Of a stretch of DNA of 64,000 nt, positions 1 through 8,997 are shown piece after piece. The stretch's first letter is position 1, and every line of letters starts with the position of its first letter. This DNA is from Candidatus Aenigmatarchaeota archaeon. GTDB lineage: Archaea; Aenigmatarchaeota; Aenigmatarchaeia; QMZP01; QMZT01. Location: contig JAPLVC010000004.1 of assembly GCA_026397315.1 (NCBI GenBank), forward strand, positions 32,001 through 96,000, given 5' to 3'. The translations under genes were made by a program, and so were the position numbers. The notes beneath the pieces were generated by a model, which saw only the letters and a list, made by a program, of their open reading frames with translations, did no database searches and was not told where the DNA came from.

Positions 1-1
1 C

Positions 2-553
2 GAGGAAAAGGGAGACACTTACTATTCCCCGAAGATGGTTCTCAAAAACATGAAGGCCAACTGCATCGAAGCCGCGATTTTCGCCGCGGCCGCGCTGCGC
101 TTCCACGGCTTCCCGCCGCTTCTCCTCGACCTCACTTCGTCGAAGGAAGACACAGACCACGTCATCGCCGTCTTCAGGCATAAAGGCCACTGGGGCGCGA
201 TAGGCAAGTCGAAATACACTTTCTTCACATACCGCGAGCCTGTTTACAAAACGATACGCGAGCTGGCCATGTCGTATTTCGACCTATACTTCAACTACTG
301 GGGCAAGAAGACCATGCGCGGCTTCTTGAAGAAACCGCTCAACCTGAAAATTTTCGACAGGAAGAACTGGATGAATTCTGAAAAGCGCGTGTTCTACATC
401 GCCACTTACCTGGATAAAATACCGCATGAAAAAATCCTCAGGAAAGGCATGGCAGTGAGCCTGCGGAAGGTGACGGATATCGACAGGGAAGCTGGCGAAC
501 TCTGGATACGCAGAAAAGGCGTCATGAAGAAGCTGAAGAAAAAGGGATACTGA
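2..553 (+). CDS. Conserved hypothetical protein, transglutaminase/papain-like fold suspected (5'-truncated by window)
   Basis: Frame open from position 2; motifs ANCIEAA..DHVIAVFR..WGAIGKS are consistent with a Cys-His catalytic arrangement. Confidence 0.6.
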   Translation, partial: EEKGDTYYSPKMVLKNMKANCIEAAIFAAAALRFHGFPPLLLDLTSSKEDTDHVIAVFRHKGHWGAIGKSKYTFFTYREPVYKTIRELAMSYFDLYFNYWGKKTMRGFLKKPLNLKIFDRKNWMNSEKRVFYIATYLDKIPHEKILRKGMAVSLRKVTDIDREAGELWIRRKGVMKKLKKKGY

Positions 554-586
554 AGCTTTTTCTGCTGACGAAAGCAAATTATTATT

Positions 587-1177
587 ATGAACGCCTCACA
601 GGGAGAGTTCGCCGTGAAGCTTGCGAGAAAAGCGCTGGAAGCCTGGACGGCGAAAGGCGAGATGGTCAAAAGGCCGGACAAGATTAGCAGGGAATTTCTC
701 GATAAGTCAGGCGTCTTCACCACGCTCCACACGTATCCGGAGCGCGAGCTGCGGGGCTGCATAGGCTTCCCGACGCCGGTCATGCCGTTGGTCGACGCGA
801 TAATCGAGTCCGCCGTGAGCGCGGCGCAGGACCCGCGCTTCCCCGACTTGGAGAAGGAAGAGCTGAAGAAGATAATAGTCGAGGTGTCAATCCTGACCAA
901 GCCGCAGAAGATAAACGCCAAAAAACCCGAGGATTACGCGAAGAAAATAATCATAGGCCGCGACGGCCTGATAATACGCAAGGGCTTCCATTCAGGACTT
1001 CTTCTGCCGCAGGTCGCGACCGAATACGGCTGGGACGCCAGAACTTTTCTCGAGCATCTGTGCATGAAAGCCTCGCTGCCATCGGACGCGTGGCTGTCAC
1101 CAGCGACTGAGATATTCAGCTTCCATTCGGAAATATTCAGCGAGAAAAAGCCCAACGGCAAAATAGAAAAGACATGA
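587..1177 (+). CDS. AMMECR1-domain protein (TIGR00296-like)
   Basis: GVFTTL..LRGCIG, DPRF, EVSILT and GLLLPQVA motifs. Confidence 0.93.
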   Translation: MNASQGEFAVKLARKALEAWTAKGEMVKRPDKISREFLDKSGVFTTLHTYPERELRGCIGFPTPVMPLVDAIIESAVSAAQDPRFPDLEKEELKKIIVEVSILTKPQKINAKKPEDYAKKIIIGRDGLIIRKGFHSGLLLPQVATEYGWDARTFLEHLCMKASLPSDAWLSPATEIFSFHSEIFSEKKPNGKIEKT

Positions 1178-1231
1178 TTTTCCCTCTTACAGCCTTTTTA
1201 TAACACTGCACCAATTTCTTACAGATAGGCC

Positions 1232-1513
1232 ATGGCAAAACTTGTCATAAAAAAGAACATGTCGAAGGAGAAATTCGACAGGAAAAAAATAGCGAGAGGT
1301 ATAGAGGAAGCTTCCAAGAGGGCGAAGCTGAAGGGATTCAAGGCGAAGTATATCGCCACAAAGGTTTCAAAGAGGGTAGAGAAAGAATTCAGCAAATGCG
1401 CGGAAATAAGAACATCCGAAATCCGCACGTGCGTCCTGAAAGAACTGGAGAAGGAAGACAAAAAAGCCGCAGAAGAGTTCAGGAGCCACAGGAAAGACAT
1501 ATTGTTTAAATAA
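1232..1513 (+). CDS. Stand-alone ATP-cone domain protein
   Basis: N-terminal VIKKN..KEKFDRKKI and IRTSEIR..VLKEL pattern; 93 aa. Confidence 0.8.
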   Translation: MAKLVIKKNMSKEKFDRKKIARGIEEASKRAKLKGFKAKYIATKVSKRVEKEFSKCAEIRTSEIRTCVLKELEKEDKKAAEEFRSHRKDILFK

Positions 1514-1594
1514 ACCCTCTAACATCGCTGCCCGAAAAGATTTTATCAGGATTTTTTACATCCATTCATGCCCGCCTTTTTCAAAGAAAATTAG

Positions 1595-1862
1595 CGCCGG
1601 GAACAGGATTCGAACCTGTGTGGGCCTGCGAGCGAAAGACGCGCTTTCCGCGTCGTTTACTTTTCGCCCACCGGATCTCCTGAAAGGATTACTGGGGTTG
1701 CTCCTCATATTCCGCCGATCAGAGTCAAGCCATGAAGTCATCGCAAGCGAATGGCATGCTCACGCATGCCGACTGCCCGCTCTTAAGATCCAGTTTTCAA
1801 GTCCGGCGCGTGCGTAGGCCAGCAAAGTTTCCTTTACCGGTTTACCACTCCGCCATCCCGGC
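1595..1862 (-). tRNA. tRNA-Ser(UGA) precursor with three introns (1812-1842, 1677-1795, 1628-1663); mature 82 nt, CCA not encoded
   Basis: Acceptor GCCGGGA/TCCCGGC with G73; anticodon stem CCGGA/TCCGG with CT-TGA-A; T arm ACAGG-TTCGAAT-CCTGT; long variable arm GGGC/GCCC; each insertion is bounded by a BHB-like 4-bp helix plus 3-nt bulges. Confidence 0.92.
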
Positions 1863-1885
1863 GTAATTCTAATTAAGTAAAGCTT

Positions 1886-1903
1886 TGCTTTAAATGTTTT
1901 CCG
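1886..1903 (-). promoter_or_regulatory. BRE/TATA promoter of the tRNA-Ser gene
   Basis: Minus strand GGAAAACATTTAAAG about 27-32 nt upstream of the tRNA 5' end. Confidence 0.6.
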
Positions 1904-2024
1904 GGAATCCGTGGTCAAAATCCCGAATTCGGGTTACCCTGACGATGTGAATTGAACATATGCGTTTCTGGGCATATTCCTGATCATAATATGTGTTTAA
2001 ATAGTTTACTACGATATAGTAATT

Positions 2025-2597
2025 ATGTTTAAGACTACAGACATGTACTCCGTCTTAAAAACCAGAATTAGAAATCCAATTTGCAGATACAGATACCTAG
2101 ATAATAAACTATATGAACCAAGTTCATTTTATATTAACCTCGGTAAAGGAAGTGTTGGTTTGGATGGTTATCATCCAGATAAAAAAGTGTCAAGGCCGCG
2201 CAGATTCCTTCCCGGCACAGTTGTAGAAGAAGTTCCCGACACGGATACCGTAAAACGACTGAGAGCTTATACTGGTCAAGTCGAAATTCCACTGATGAGA
2301 GAGTTCGTTCCCATGGCCATCAAAGGTTTAGGTAGAATAGGAGAAACTGCTGCTTGTAAATATGGATTTAAAGGCGACGTTGAATTAGATATCAGACACG
2401 ACGCTGGGATTATCCGTAACTCTCCTAACAAAAATTTCTATGGAGAGGTTGAAGCAACAACGGATAAGCTTCAGCTGGTCATGCCCATGATTGATACGGT
2501 TCAGACAATGCAAGAAGCTTTAATTGGTTACAGAGAAGGTGCGGAACAATTTTTAACGGATTTCGTATCCGGAATGAACCGTAAAATTTTTGTATAG
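2025..2597 (+). CDS. Hypothetical protein (AT-rich singleton next to tRNA)
   Basis: 190-aa ORF preceded by TTTAAATA; codon usage more AT-rich than neighbours. Confidence 0.6.
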   Translation: MFKTTDMYSVLKTRIRNPICRYRYLDNKLYEPSSFYINLGKGSVGLDGYHPDKKVSRPRRFLPGTVVEEVPDTDTVKRLRAYTGQVEIPLMREFVPMAIKGLGRIGETAACKYGFKGDVELDIRHDAGIIRNSPNKNFYGEVEATTDKLQLVMPMIDTVQTMQEALIGYREGAEQFLTDFVSGMNRKIFV

Positions 2598-2634
2598 GTT
2601 AAATTTTAATTTGCGCCCAAGAGCGCGGCTTGCC

Positions 2635-2841
2635 TTATTCTATTTTCAGGTCGTGCTTGAAGTCGTTCTTTTCGGCTTTCTGCAGCGGCCACGCTTCGTC
2701 TATTATCATGTCGGGTATGCTTTGGTCCAGGACCGGAAAAGCGAGCTCGCATCTCCTGCACAGGACGAACATGCCTTTTTCGTGTATGTCTCCCTTGCAC
2801 CTGGGGCACGCCATCAGCTCGAACAGCTTGGAATCTATCAT
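2635..2841 (-). CDS. Trm112-family protein
   Basis: LFELMACPRCKG..CRRC..FPVLDQSIPDMI. Confidence 0.85.
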   Translation of the reverse strand: MIDSKLFELMACPRCKGDIHEKGMFVLCRRCELAFPVLDQSIPDMIIDEAWPLQKAEKNDFKHDLKIE

Positions 2842-2887
2842 ACCATTTAAAAATTAGTTGGCGGTTTTAAATGCGTTTTTAAGGCGT

Positions 2888-3178
2888 TTAAACATCCAAA
2901 CCGGAGCTTTTTTCGAGCTCTTTCTTCGCCTGCTTCTTTTCCTTCTTTATTTCTTCCTTGAGCTTGGGTAGCTTCATCAGGAAACCGCACTTCGGGCATG
3001 TGAAAGAGAACGGTCTTATCCAAGGCGTTTCCTCGTGCTTCGCCAGGCCGCACTCCGGACAGACGTAATCCATGTGCGCGGTTTCAGTCCCGCTGGGCAC
3101 CATCACGCGCATCTTGCCCTTTTCCTCGCCTTTCGAGTTCTTCATTACCCTGTTGCTGACGAACTTGTATTTGTTCAT
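2888..3178 (-). CDS. Zinc-ribbon hypothetical protein
   Basis: YVCPECG and FTCPKCG pairs, Lys-rich tail. Confidence 0.7.
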   Translation of the reverse strand: MNKYKFVSNRVMKNSKGEEKGKMRVMVPSGTETAHMDYVCPECGLAKHEETPWIRPFSFTCPKCGFLMKLPKLKEEIKKEKKQAKKELEKSSGLDV

Positions 3179-3210
3179 AGTAATCATTATTGCGTTGCCT
3201 TCTTAAAAAT

Positions 3211-4587
3211 TCATGCGGTTTCCTGGGGCACGAAACTGTGCAGCTTTCTCCTGTGCCTCAGCCAGTATCCTGACTTGAACAGCACGTATGCCAGCAGGAA
3301 ACCAGCGAAGTTTCCTATCGGGAAGCCGAGCCACACGCCGTCGAGCCCCATAAACGAGGCGAAAAAATACGACATGGATATGACGACAATCCACCGCGTT
3401 ATGTTTATCACCAGCTGGAGGTCTGTCCTCCCTGCCGCCTGCAGCGCGCCGCCGAGGACGAAATTGAGACCCATGAAAACGTAGCCGAGAGCTATTATCC
3501 TGAAATACATCGCGCCCGTAGCAAGGATTGCCGGGTCGTTCGTGAACGGGGCGAAAAGCATTTCCGGCGAAAAAAACCATATCGCCGAGAAGAAAAGCAT
3601 GAAGAGTATCGTGGCGTAAGAAGCCTTCTTCACTCCCTCGTGCGCCCTGTCCGGCTTCTCCGCGCCGAGGTTCTGGCCGACGAACGGAATGAGTGCTATC
3701 ATGAGGCCTATCGAAGGAAGGATGGCTATAGATTCCAGGCGTATGCCCACGCCGAAAGCCGCTATCGCAGACATCCCGAACGTGCCGACGAGCCCCATCA
3801 GGAGGAACATGCCTATGCTGTTGAACGACTGGCTTATCGACGAGGGAAGGCCTATGGAGAATATTTTTTTCACCAGCTTCGAGTCGAATTTGAAGCACTC
3901 CATCTTTATGCACAGCGACGTCTTGCCTGAGAATATGTGGTAAAAATTCAGCACAGCGACTATCGCTATCGTCGCAACCGTCGCTATCGCAGCGCCTGCG
4001 ACGCCCATGGCGGGGACCGGCCCGAAGCCGAATATCAGGAGCGGGTCGAGTATCACGTTCGCTACGACGCCGGCAACGAGGTTCTTCGTCGGCGTGATCG
4101 TGTTGCCGTCCGCCTGTATTATGCCCTGCGATATCATGCCCAGGAACTGCAGGATGAAGCCGAAGAATATGATGTTCATGTACTGCAGCGTCATCTCGAG
4201 CGTGGAACCGCTTATGCCCATCAGGCCGAATATCTGCCTCGAGAACAATAGTCCCACGGCCGCCACGGCCGCGCCTGAAGCGAGAGCCATCACTATCGCG
4301 TGCATCGATATGTTGGCCGCATCTTTATTCCTGCCCGCGCCTATGGAATGGGAGATAAGCGCCGTCGAGCCGATGTTAAGCCCGGACGCTATGGCTATCG
4401 AGATGAAGAATACCGGGAACGTGACGCTTATCGCAGCGAGCGCGTCGGAGCCCATCATGCTCACGAAGAACGTGTCCGTGAGATTGAAGGCTATCTGCAG
4501 CGAAGTGCCTATTATCACGGGAAGGGCGAGCATGAAAAGCGTTCTTGTCGTGTCGCCTTTAGTCAGATCCCTTTCGCCTCTTTTCAT
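3211..4587 (-). CDS. MATE-family efflux transporter
   Basis: DLTKG..LALP, DTFFVS..ALAA, NVILDPLLIFG..MGVAGAAIAT; about 12 TM (upstream TTG start at 4620 possible). Confidence 0.95.
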   Translation of the reverse strand: MKRGERDLTKGDTTRTLFMLALPVIIGTSLQIAFNLTDTFFVSMMGSDALAAISVTFPVFFISIAIASGLNIGSTALISHSIGAGRNKDAANISMHAIVMALASGAAVAAVGLLFSRQIFGLMGISGSTLEMTLQYMNIIFFGFILQFLGMISQGIIQADGNTITPTKNLVAGVVANVILDPLLIFGFGPVPAMGVAGAAIATVATIAIVAVLNFYHIFSGKTSLCIKMECFKFDSKLVKKIFSIGLPSSISQSFNSIGMFLLMGLVGTFGMSAIAAFGVGIRLESIAILPSIGLMIALIPFVGQNLGAEKPDRAHEGVKKASYATILFMLFFSAIWFFSPEMLFAPFTNDPAILATGAMYFRIIALGYVFMGLNFVLGGALQAAGRTDLQLVINITRWIVVISMSYFFASFMGLDGVWLGFPIGNFAGFLLAYVLFKSGYWLRHRRKLHSFVPQETA

Positions 4588-4686
4588 ATTCCTGAGTTTT
4601 CCCAGCACAATCGCACCCAATGCCTTGAATTATACTTGTATTGCGGAACTTCCTTATTAAATTGAGGTTCGCTATCCGAACCATCG

Positions 4687-5595
4687 TCAGAAAATGACCC
4701 CTGCAATGAAAGCTACCATGGCTATGAACATCCCTATTTTCAAACGCCTGCTTATGCGCGTGTAGCCCTTTTTCTTTCGCTGCTCTCTCAGCACGGAGTA
4801 GATGCAGGAGACGAACAGCGCGTCCGCCACAAGGACGACAACAAAGTAGCTTGCCCTGAGATAGCCGAAATAATAGGGAATCGCTGAAAGCACGACGGCC
4901 ACCAGCAAACAGAATAGGGCTATGACTATCATCATCCTCTCGTTGTAGCGCAGCCTGGCTCCGTCGTCTGTCATGCTGAAGCGCTCGCCGCGTTTTTTCT
5001 TCCCGGAAGACGCGATTCTTTTCAGGAAGCTCTTCCTGTCGCCTTCCATGTCCTCCATGTCCTTGACTATCTCCCTCGATACGTTCACCATCATCGCGAG
5101 CGCGGTCAGGACGAGCGCGAAGCCTATCCTGTCATTGAAGAAAGCGGCCGCGCCGAAAAAGAACACAGACCCCACAAGATAGCCGATCGTTATGTTGCCT
5201 ATGAAAACCTTGTGCTGCAGCGTCCACGAGTAGACGACGAGCAGCGCGGTGTTTAAGATGGCTATGAAGAAGCAGGCCCAGCTTATGGTGAGCGCGCAGA
5301 AGTTGCCTAGCACGAAGAGCAAGACAGCAAACACGAGCGCCCCGCGTCTCGATACCGCGCCTGAAGGGATTGGTCGGCGCGGCCTGTTGACCTTGTCCGC
5401 CTCGACGTCGAAGTAGTCGTTTATCACGTTGCCTGCGCCGGTTATCGCGACGACGGCCAGCGCAACCAGCATGAACTGCGCGCTGAACAGGCCGTTAATG
5501 CCTCCGATAGCGATGAGCGCGCCTATCAACGCTCCAGCAGCCGCCATTAAGCAGTTGCCCGGCCTCATCATGCCCAGCATCTCGACTAAGTCCAT
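4687..5595 (-). CDS. Digeranylgeranylglyceryl phosphate synthase (UbiA family)
   Basis: MRPGN, INDYFDVEADKVNRPRRPIPSG, REIVKDMEDMEGD motifs. Confidence 0.9.
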   Translation of the reverse strand: MDLVEMLGMMRPGNCLMAAAGALIGALIAIGGINGLFSAQFMLVALAVVAITGAGNVINDYFDVEADKVNRPRRPIPSGAVSRRGALVFAVLLFVLGNFCALTISWACFFIAILNTALLVVYSWTLQHKVFIGNITIGYLVGSVFFFGAAAFFNDRIGFALVLTALAMMVNVSREIVKDMEDMEGDRKSFLKRIASSGKKKRGERFSMTDDGARLRYNERMMIVIALFCLLVAVVLSAIPYYFGYLRASYFVVVLVADALFVSCIYSVLREQRKKKGYTRISRRLKIGMFIAMVAFIAGVIF

Positions 5596-5649
5596 AATAT
5601 AATCTTTGAGCCAATTCGTATAAAAATCCGGAAAACGATCGCGCACGCC

Positions 5650-5829
5650 TTAAACTGTCTTGCGCTCTTTCTTGATTGCCCTCAGCTGCTTCTTGCGGCA
5701 TTTCCTGCACTTGATTTTCTTCGCCTTCACTTTCACCGGGTCGGCCCTGATGCGCGCGCCGCATGCCTGGCAGATGAATATGTGCGTGAAAAGCCTCGCC
5801 TCAGCCTCGGGGAATTTTAGTTTGCTCAT
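5650..5829 (-). CDS. rpl40e: 50S ribosomal protein L40e
   Basis: KFPEAEARL..ICQACGAR..KCRKC..LR. Confidence 0.92.
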   Translation of the reverse strand: MSKLKFPEAEARLFTHIFICQACGARIRADPVKVKAKKIKCRKCRKKQLRAIKKERKTV

Positions 5830-5899
5830 CAAAACACCATAATATACACATATACTCCATGTATATATTTAAATTTATGTCGGACTTCCGGCCGGACCT

Positions 5900-7426
5900 T
5901 CAGAGCTTCAGGAATCCCTTGCCAGCCCTCTTCAGCGAGATGTGCCTTTCCCAGTCTTCCGTCTTCTCCGGGTAGTCCTCCCTGAAGTGGCAGCCCCTCG
6001 ATTCGGTGCGCGCAAGAGCGGCGCTAACGACGAGCCTCGCCGCCAGAAGTATGTTGTTTATCTCGATTATCTCTTCGTTGACGCCTTCTTTCTTGGACAT
6101 GTAAGCCTGCATGAGCGATATCTCCCTGAGCGCTTTTATCAAATCTTTCTCGTTCCTCACTATGCCCGCGTGCTTCCACATAACCGACTTCAGTCGCGTC
6201 TTCAGCTCCGTCGGGCGGTCGCTGGCGACGCTCATCTGCCTGGTATTTACAAAGCCAATCTCCCTGCCGACGTTGTAGGCATGCGCCGATTCCGCCGCTC
6301 GCGATGAGAACACAAGCGACTCGAGAAGCGAATTCGACGCGAGCCTGTTCGCGCCGTGCACGCCGGTGCACGCCACTTCGCCAAAAGCGTAAAGCCCTGG
6401 GACGTTCGTTTTTCCGTCGATGTCCGTCTTCAGCCCGCCGCAGGTATAATGGGCGACAGGCTCGACGGGTATCCTATCTTTAGTGATATCGATGCCGTTC
6501 TCGAGGCACGTCCTGTAAATCGTCGGGAATCGTTCTTTCACGAACGCCTTGCCAATATGAGTCATGTCAAGATAAACCGTGCCGTTTCTCAGCTCACTGA
6601 ACATCGCGCGCGACACCTCGTCCCTGCGGGCAAGCTCCTCGACGAAGCGCTTCCCGTCATCGTTAACCAGCTTCGCGCCCTCGCCGCGGACCGCTTCGGA
6701 TATCAGAAAGAAAGGCTTTCCCTTGCGGCGAAGCGCCGTGGGATGGAACTGCACGAACTCGATATCCTCCACGTCACAGCCTGCGCGGAAGCCCATAGCC
6801 AGCCCGTCGCCGGTCGCGATTTCGGGATTCGAAGTGTTCTCGTAAATCTCGCACAATCCGCCAGTCGCGATAGCGACGGCTTTCGCGAAGAATTCAACCA
6901 TCCGTTTTTTGCCGACGTCGAAGACACGCGCGCCTATGCACGCGCCGTCCTTGAGTATGAGGTCGAAGGCCACGTGCTTCTCGAAGATGCGGATGCCGTT
7001 CCTGCGCGCGTTCTCGATCATCGCCTTCTCGATTTCCGCGCCCGTCATGTCGCCGCGGTGGACGATGCGCTTTCTCGAATGCCCGCCTTCTTGCCCTAGT
7101 TGCAGGCCGCCCGCTTTCGCGTCCTTGTCGAACGTCGCTCCCAGCGCCATCAGATTCTCGATCTCGTCTGGCGCCTGCTTCACCATAATCTCGACTGCGT
7201 ACTTGTCGCATAAACCATCGCCGGATTTCAGCGTGTCGCGCACGTGCAGATTGAAGCTATCGGTTTTAGAAAACACGGCCGCAATGCCGCCCTGGGCGAA
7301 GTTAGTGTTCGATTCGACGGCGTCTTTCTTCGTGACCAGACAGACACTGCCATACTCCAAGGCCTGCAGCGCGAAGTTGAGTCCTGCAATCCCGGAACCT
7401 ATGACCAGAAAATCAGACTTTATCAT
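5900..7426 (-). CDS. nadB: L-aspartate oxidase
   Basis: IGSGIAGL, AQGGIAA, EGGHS, QFHPT, LISEAVRGEG, GVHGANRLASNSLLE, ESRGCH. Confidence 0.96.
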   Translation of the reverse strand: MIKSDFLVIGSGIAGLNFALQALEYGSVCLVTKKDAVESNTNFAQGGIAAVFSKTDSFNLHVRDTLKSGDGLCDKYAVEIMVKQAPDEIENLMALGATFDKDAKAGGLQLGQEGGHSRKRIVHRGDMTGAEIEKAMIENARRNGIRIFEKHVAFDLILKDGACIGARVFDVGKKRMVEFFAKAVAIATGGLCEIYENTSNPEIATGDGLAMGFRAGCDVEDIEFVQFHPTALRRKGKPFFLISEAVRGEGAKLVNDDGKRFVEELARRDEVSRAMFSELRNGTVYLDMTHIGKAFVKERFPTIYRTCLENGIDITKDRIPVEPVAHYTCGGLKTDIDGKTNVPGLYAFGEVACTGVHGANRLASNSLLESLVFSSRAAESAHAYNVGREIGFVNTRQMSVASDRPTELKTRLKSVMWKHAGIVRNEKDLIKALREISLMQAYMSKKEGVNEEIIEINNILLAARLVVSAALARTESRGCHFREDYPEKTEDWERHISLKRAGKGFLKL

Positions 7427-7458
7427 TAAGGGTTAATTGTTTGCATGGGTTTAAAATA

Positions 7459-8361
7459 TTACTTGAGCTTCAGCATCCTGTCGAGAGCGCGTCTCGCCTT
7501 CTCCGCGATCGCTGCATCAACCTTAACTTCATTCGTCCCGTCACGGAGGCAAGCGTATACTTTCTCGAGCGTCGTCTTCTTCATGTTCTGGCACGCGCCG
7601 GCAGCTGGATAAAATTTCTTCCCCTTGACCTCGCGGCGCAGCCGCTCGCACATCCCCTCTTCGGTCACGACTATGAATTCCTTCGCTTTGGACGTTTTCG
7701 CGTATTTTATCATGCCGCCCGTGCCGCACACATGATCAGCCAGCTTCAGCACGTCCTCCGGGTTTTCAGGATGGGCCATCACCTTCGCTTTCGGATGTCG
7801 CCATTTGAGCTTCTTCACGGCCTTCGGGTCGACTGCGTCGTGCACGACACAGAAGCCCGGCCACGGTATTATCTTCTTCCTCGTCTTCGTCTGCACGTAT
7901 TTCGCCATGTTGTAGTCCGGCACGAATATGATCTCGTGCGCGGAGACCTCCTCGACGGCTTCCTTGAAGTTCGCCGATGTGCAGCACACGTCTGATTCGG
8001 CCTTCGTCGCGGCGTTCGTGTTTATGTATGCGACCACGCCCGCCCGCGGGTACTCGGTCTTTTTCTGGCGCAGCTTTCCGGCAGTAGCCATCGCGGCCAT
8101 CGGGCATTTCGCTTCGACGTCCGGAATCAGCACGCGCTTCGCCGGGTTCAGCAGTTTCGCCGATTCGGCCATGAAATCCACTCCGCAGAAAACAATGACT
8201 TTCGCTTTCGTTCGCTTCGCTCGTATGGCCAGCTCCAGGGAATCTCCTATGAAATCAGCAACATCATAAATCTCGGGGCGCTGGTAGTTGTGGACGAGGA
8301 TTATCGCATTCTTCGCCTTCTTCAGCTCTTTGATCTTCCTGATGAGCTCCTGAGTTTTCAT
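7459..8361 (-). CDS. nadA: Quinolinate synthase
   Basis: HNYQ, GDSL, FCGVDFMAE, CPMA, CCTSAN, FCVVH, AHPE, CQNMK. Confidence 0.96.
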   Translation of the reverse strand: MKTQELIRKIKELKKAKNAIILVHNYQRPEIYDVADFIGDSLELAIRAKRTKAKVIVFCGVDFMAESAKLLNPAKRVLIPDVEAKCPMAAMATAGKLRQKKTEYPRAGVVAYINTNAATKAESDVCCTSANFKEAVEEVSAHEIIFVPDYNMAKYVQTKTRKKIIPWPGFCVVHDAVDPKAVKKLKWRHPKAKVMAHPENPEDVLKLADHVCGTGGMIKYAKTSKAKEFIVVTEEGMCERLRREVKGKKFYPAAGACQNMKKTTLEKVYACLRDGTNEVKVDAAIAEKARRALDRMLKLK

Positions 8362-8444
8362 GATGGCACCTGACCTTTTGATATTCTGGCTTCAGGATAC
8401 ATAAATAAATTAATTGCTAACTCCCAACGCATTATCGTGAGACA

Positions 8445-8963
8445 ATGGAGGTAATGGAGTCCGCGGCAGCATCGCTGCCCAAATATCCGCGCATAAAATG
8501 CAACCAGAACAGCATACACCTTCTTTACGGCGGGGGCTTCATGCCGGAAGAAAACGCGAACGCAGAATATCTGGGCAGGCTCATAGTCAAAACGCCGACC
8601 ACCGAGCTTTACAGGGCTATGTTCTTCAAACCGCTGGAAGGCACGCCCCGACTTTTCATGATCGACTCGAATATCCTCGGGTGGCACGCGCAAGGTTCGG
8701 ACATACGCGACCTTGCCTTGGATCCGCCGCTGAACAAATATTACAGGAACGCCAGTTTGATAGTCGTTGGCCCGGACGAGGCTCTCGTGGAAAAATATTT
8801 CGAATTTTTCAAGGGAGACTCGGGCTTCATAGAGGACTCGTTCCTGCAGTCAGGCACGGACAGGCATTTCGCCATAATAGACTTCACACTGAAGCACACG
8901 CTGATTTCCTACGAGAATACAAGGGAAGCCCTGCTCAAAAAGGGGCTTAATCATTCAATCTGA
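8445..8963 (+). CDS. Hypothetical protein
   Basis: Fills the gap between nadA and pop5; true start may be 8541. Confidence 0.55.
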   Translation: MEVMESAAASLPKYPRIKCNQNSIHLLYGGGFMPEENANAEYLGRLIVKTPTTELYRAMFFKPLEGTPRLFMIDSNILGWHAQGSDIRDLALDPPLNKYYRNASLIVVGPDEALVEKYFEFFKGDSGFIEDSFLQSGTDRHFAIIDFTLKHTLISYENTREALLKKGLNHSI

Positions 8964-8997
8964 TTGTTTTTCAAGAAACAATAATCCAACGGCAGTT

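Noticed and set aside
1780-1792. GGATCTTAAGA inside the tRNA intron resembles a Leu(UAA) anticodon loop
   Set aside because: The acceptor stem GCCGGGA, G73 and the BHB geometry all indicate Ser(UGA); no matching stem exists for a Leu reading.
1620-1817. Short ORFs 1556-1741 and 1620-1817
   Set aside because: They overlap the intron-containing tRNA gene and are spurious.
1560-2600. Integrated element at the tRNA-Ser gene
   Set aside because: No integrase and no duplicated tRNA 3' end (att site) found in the window.
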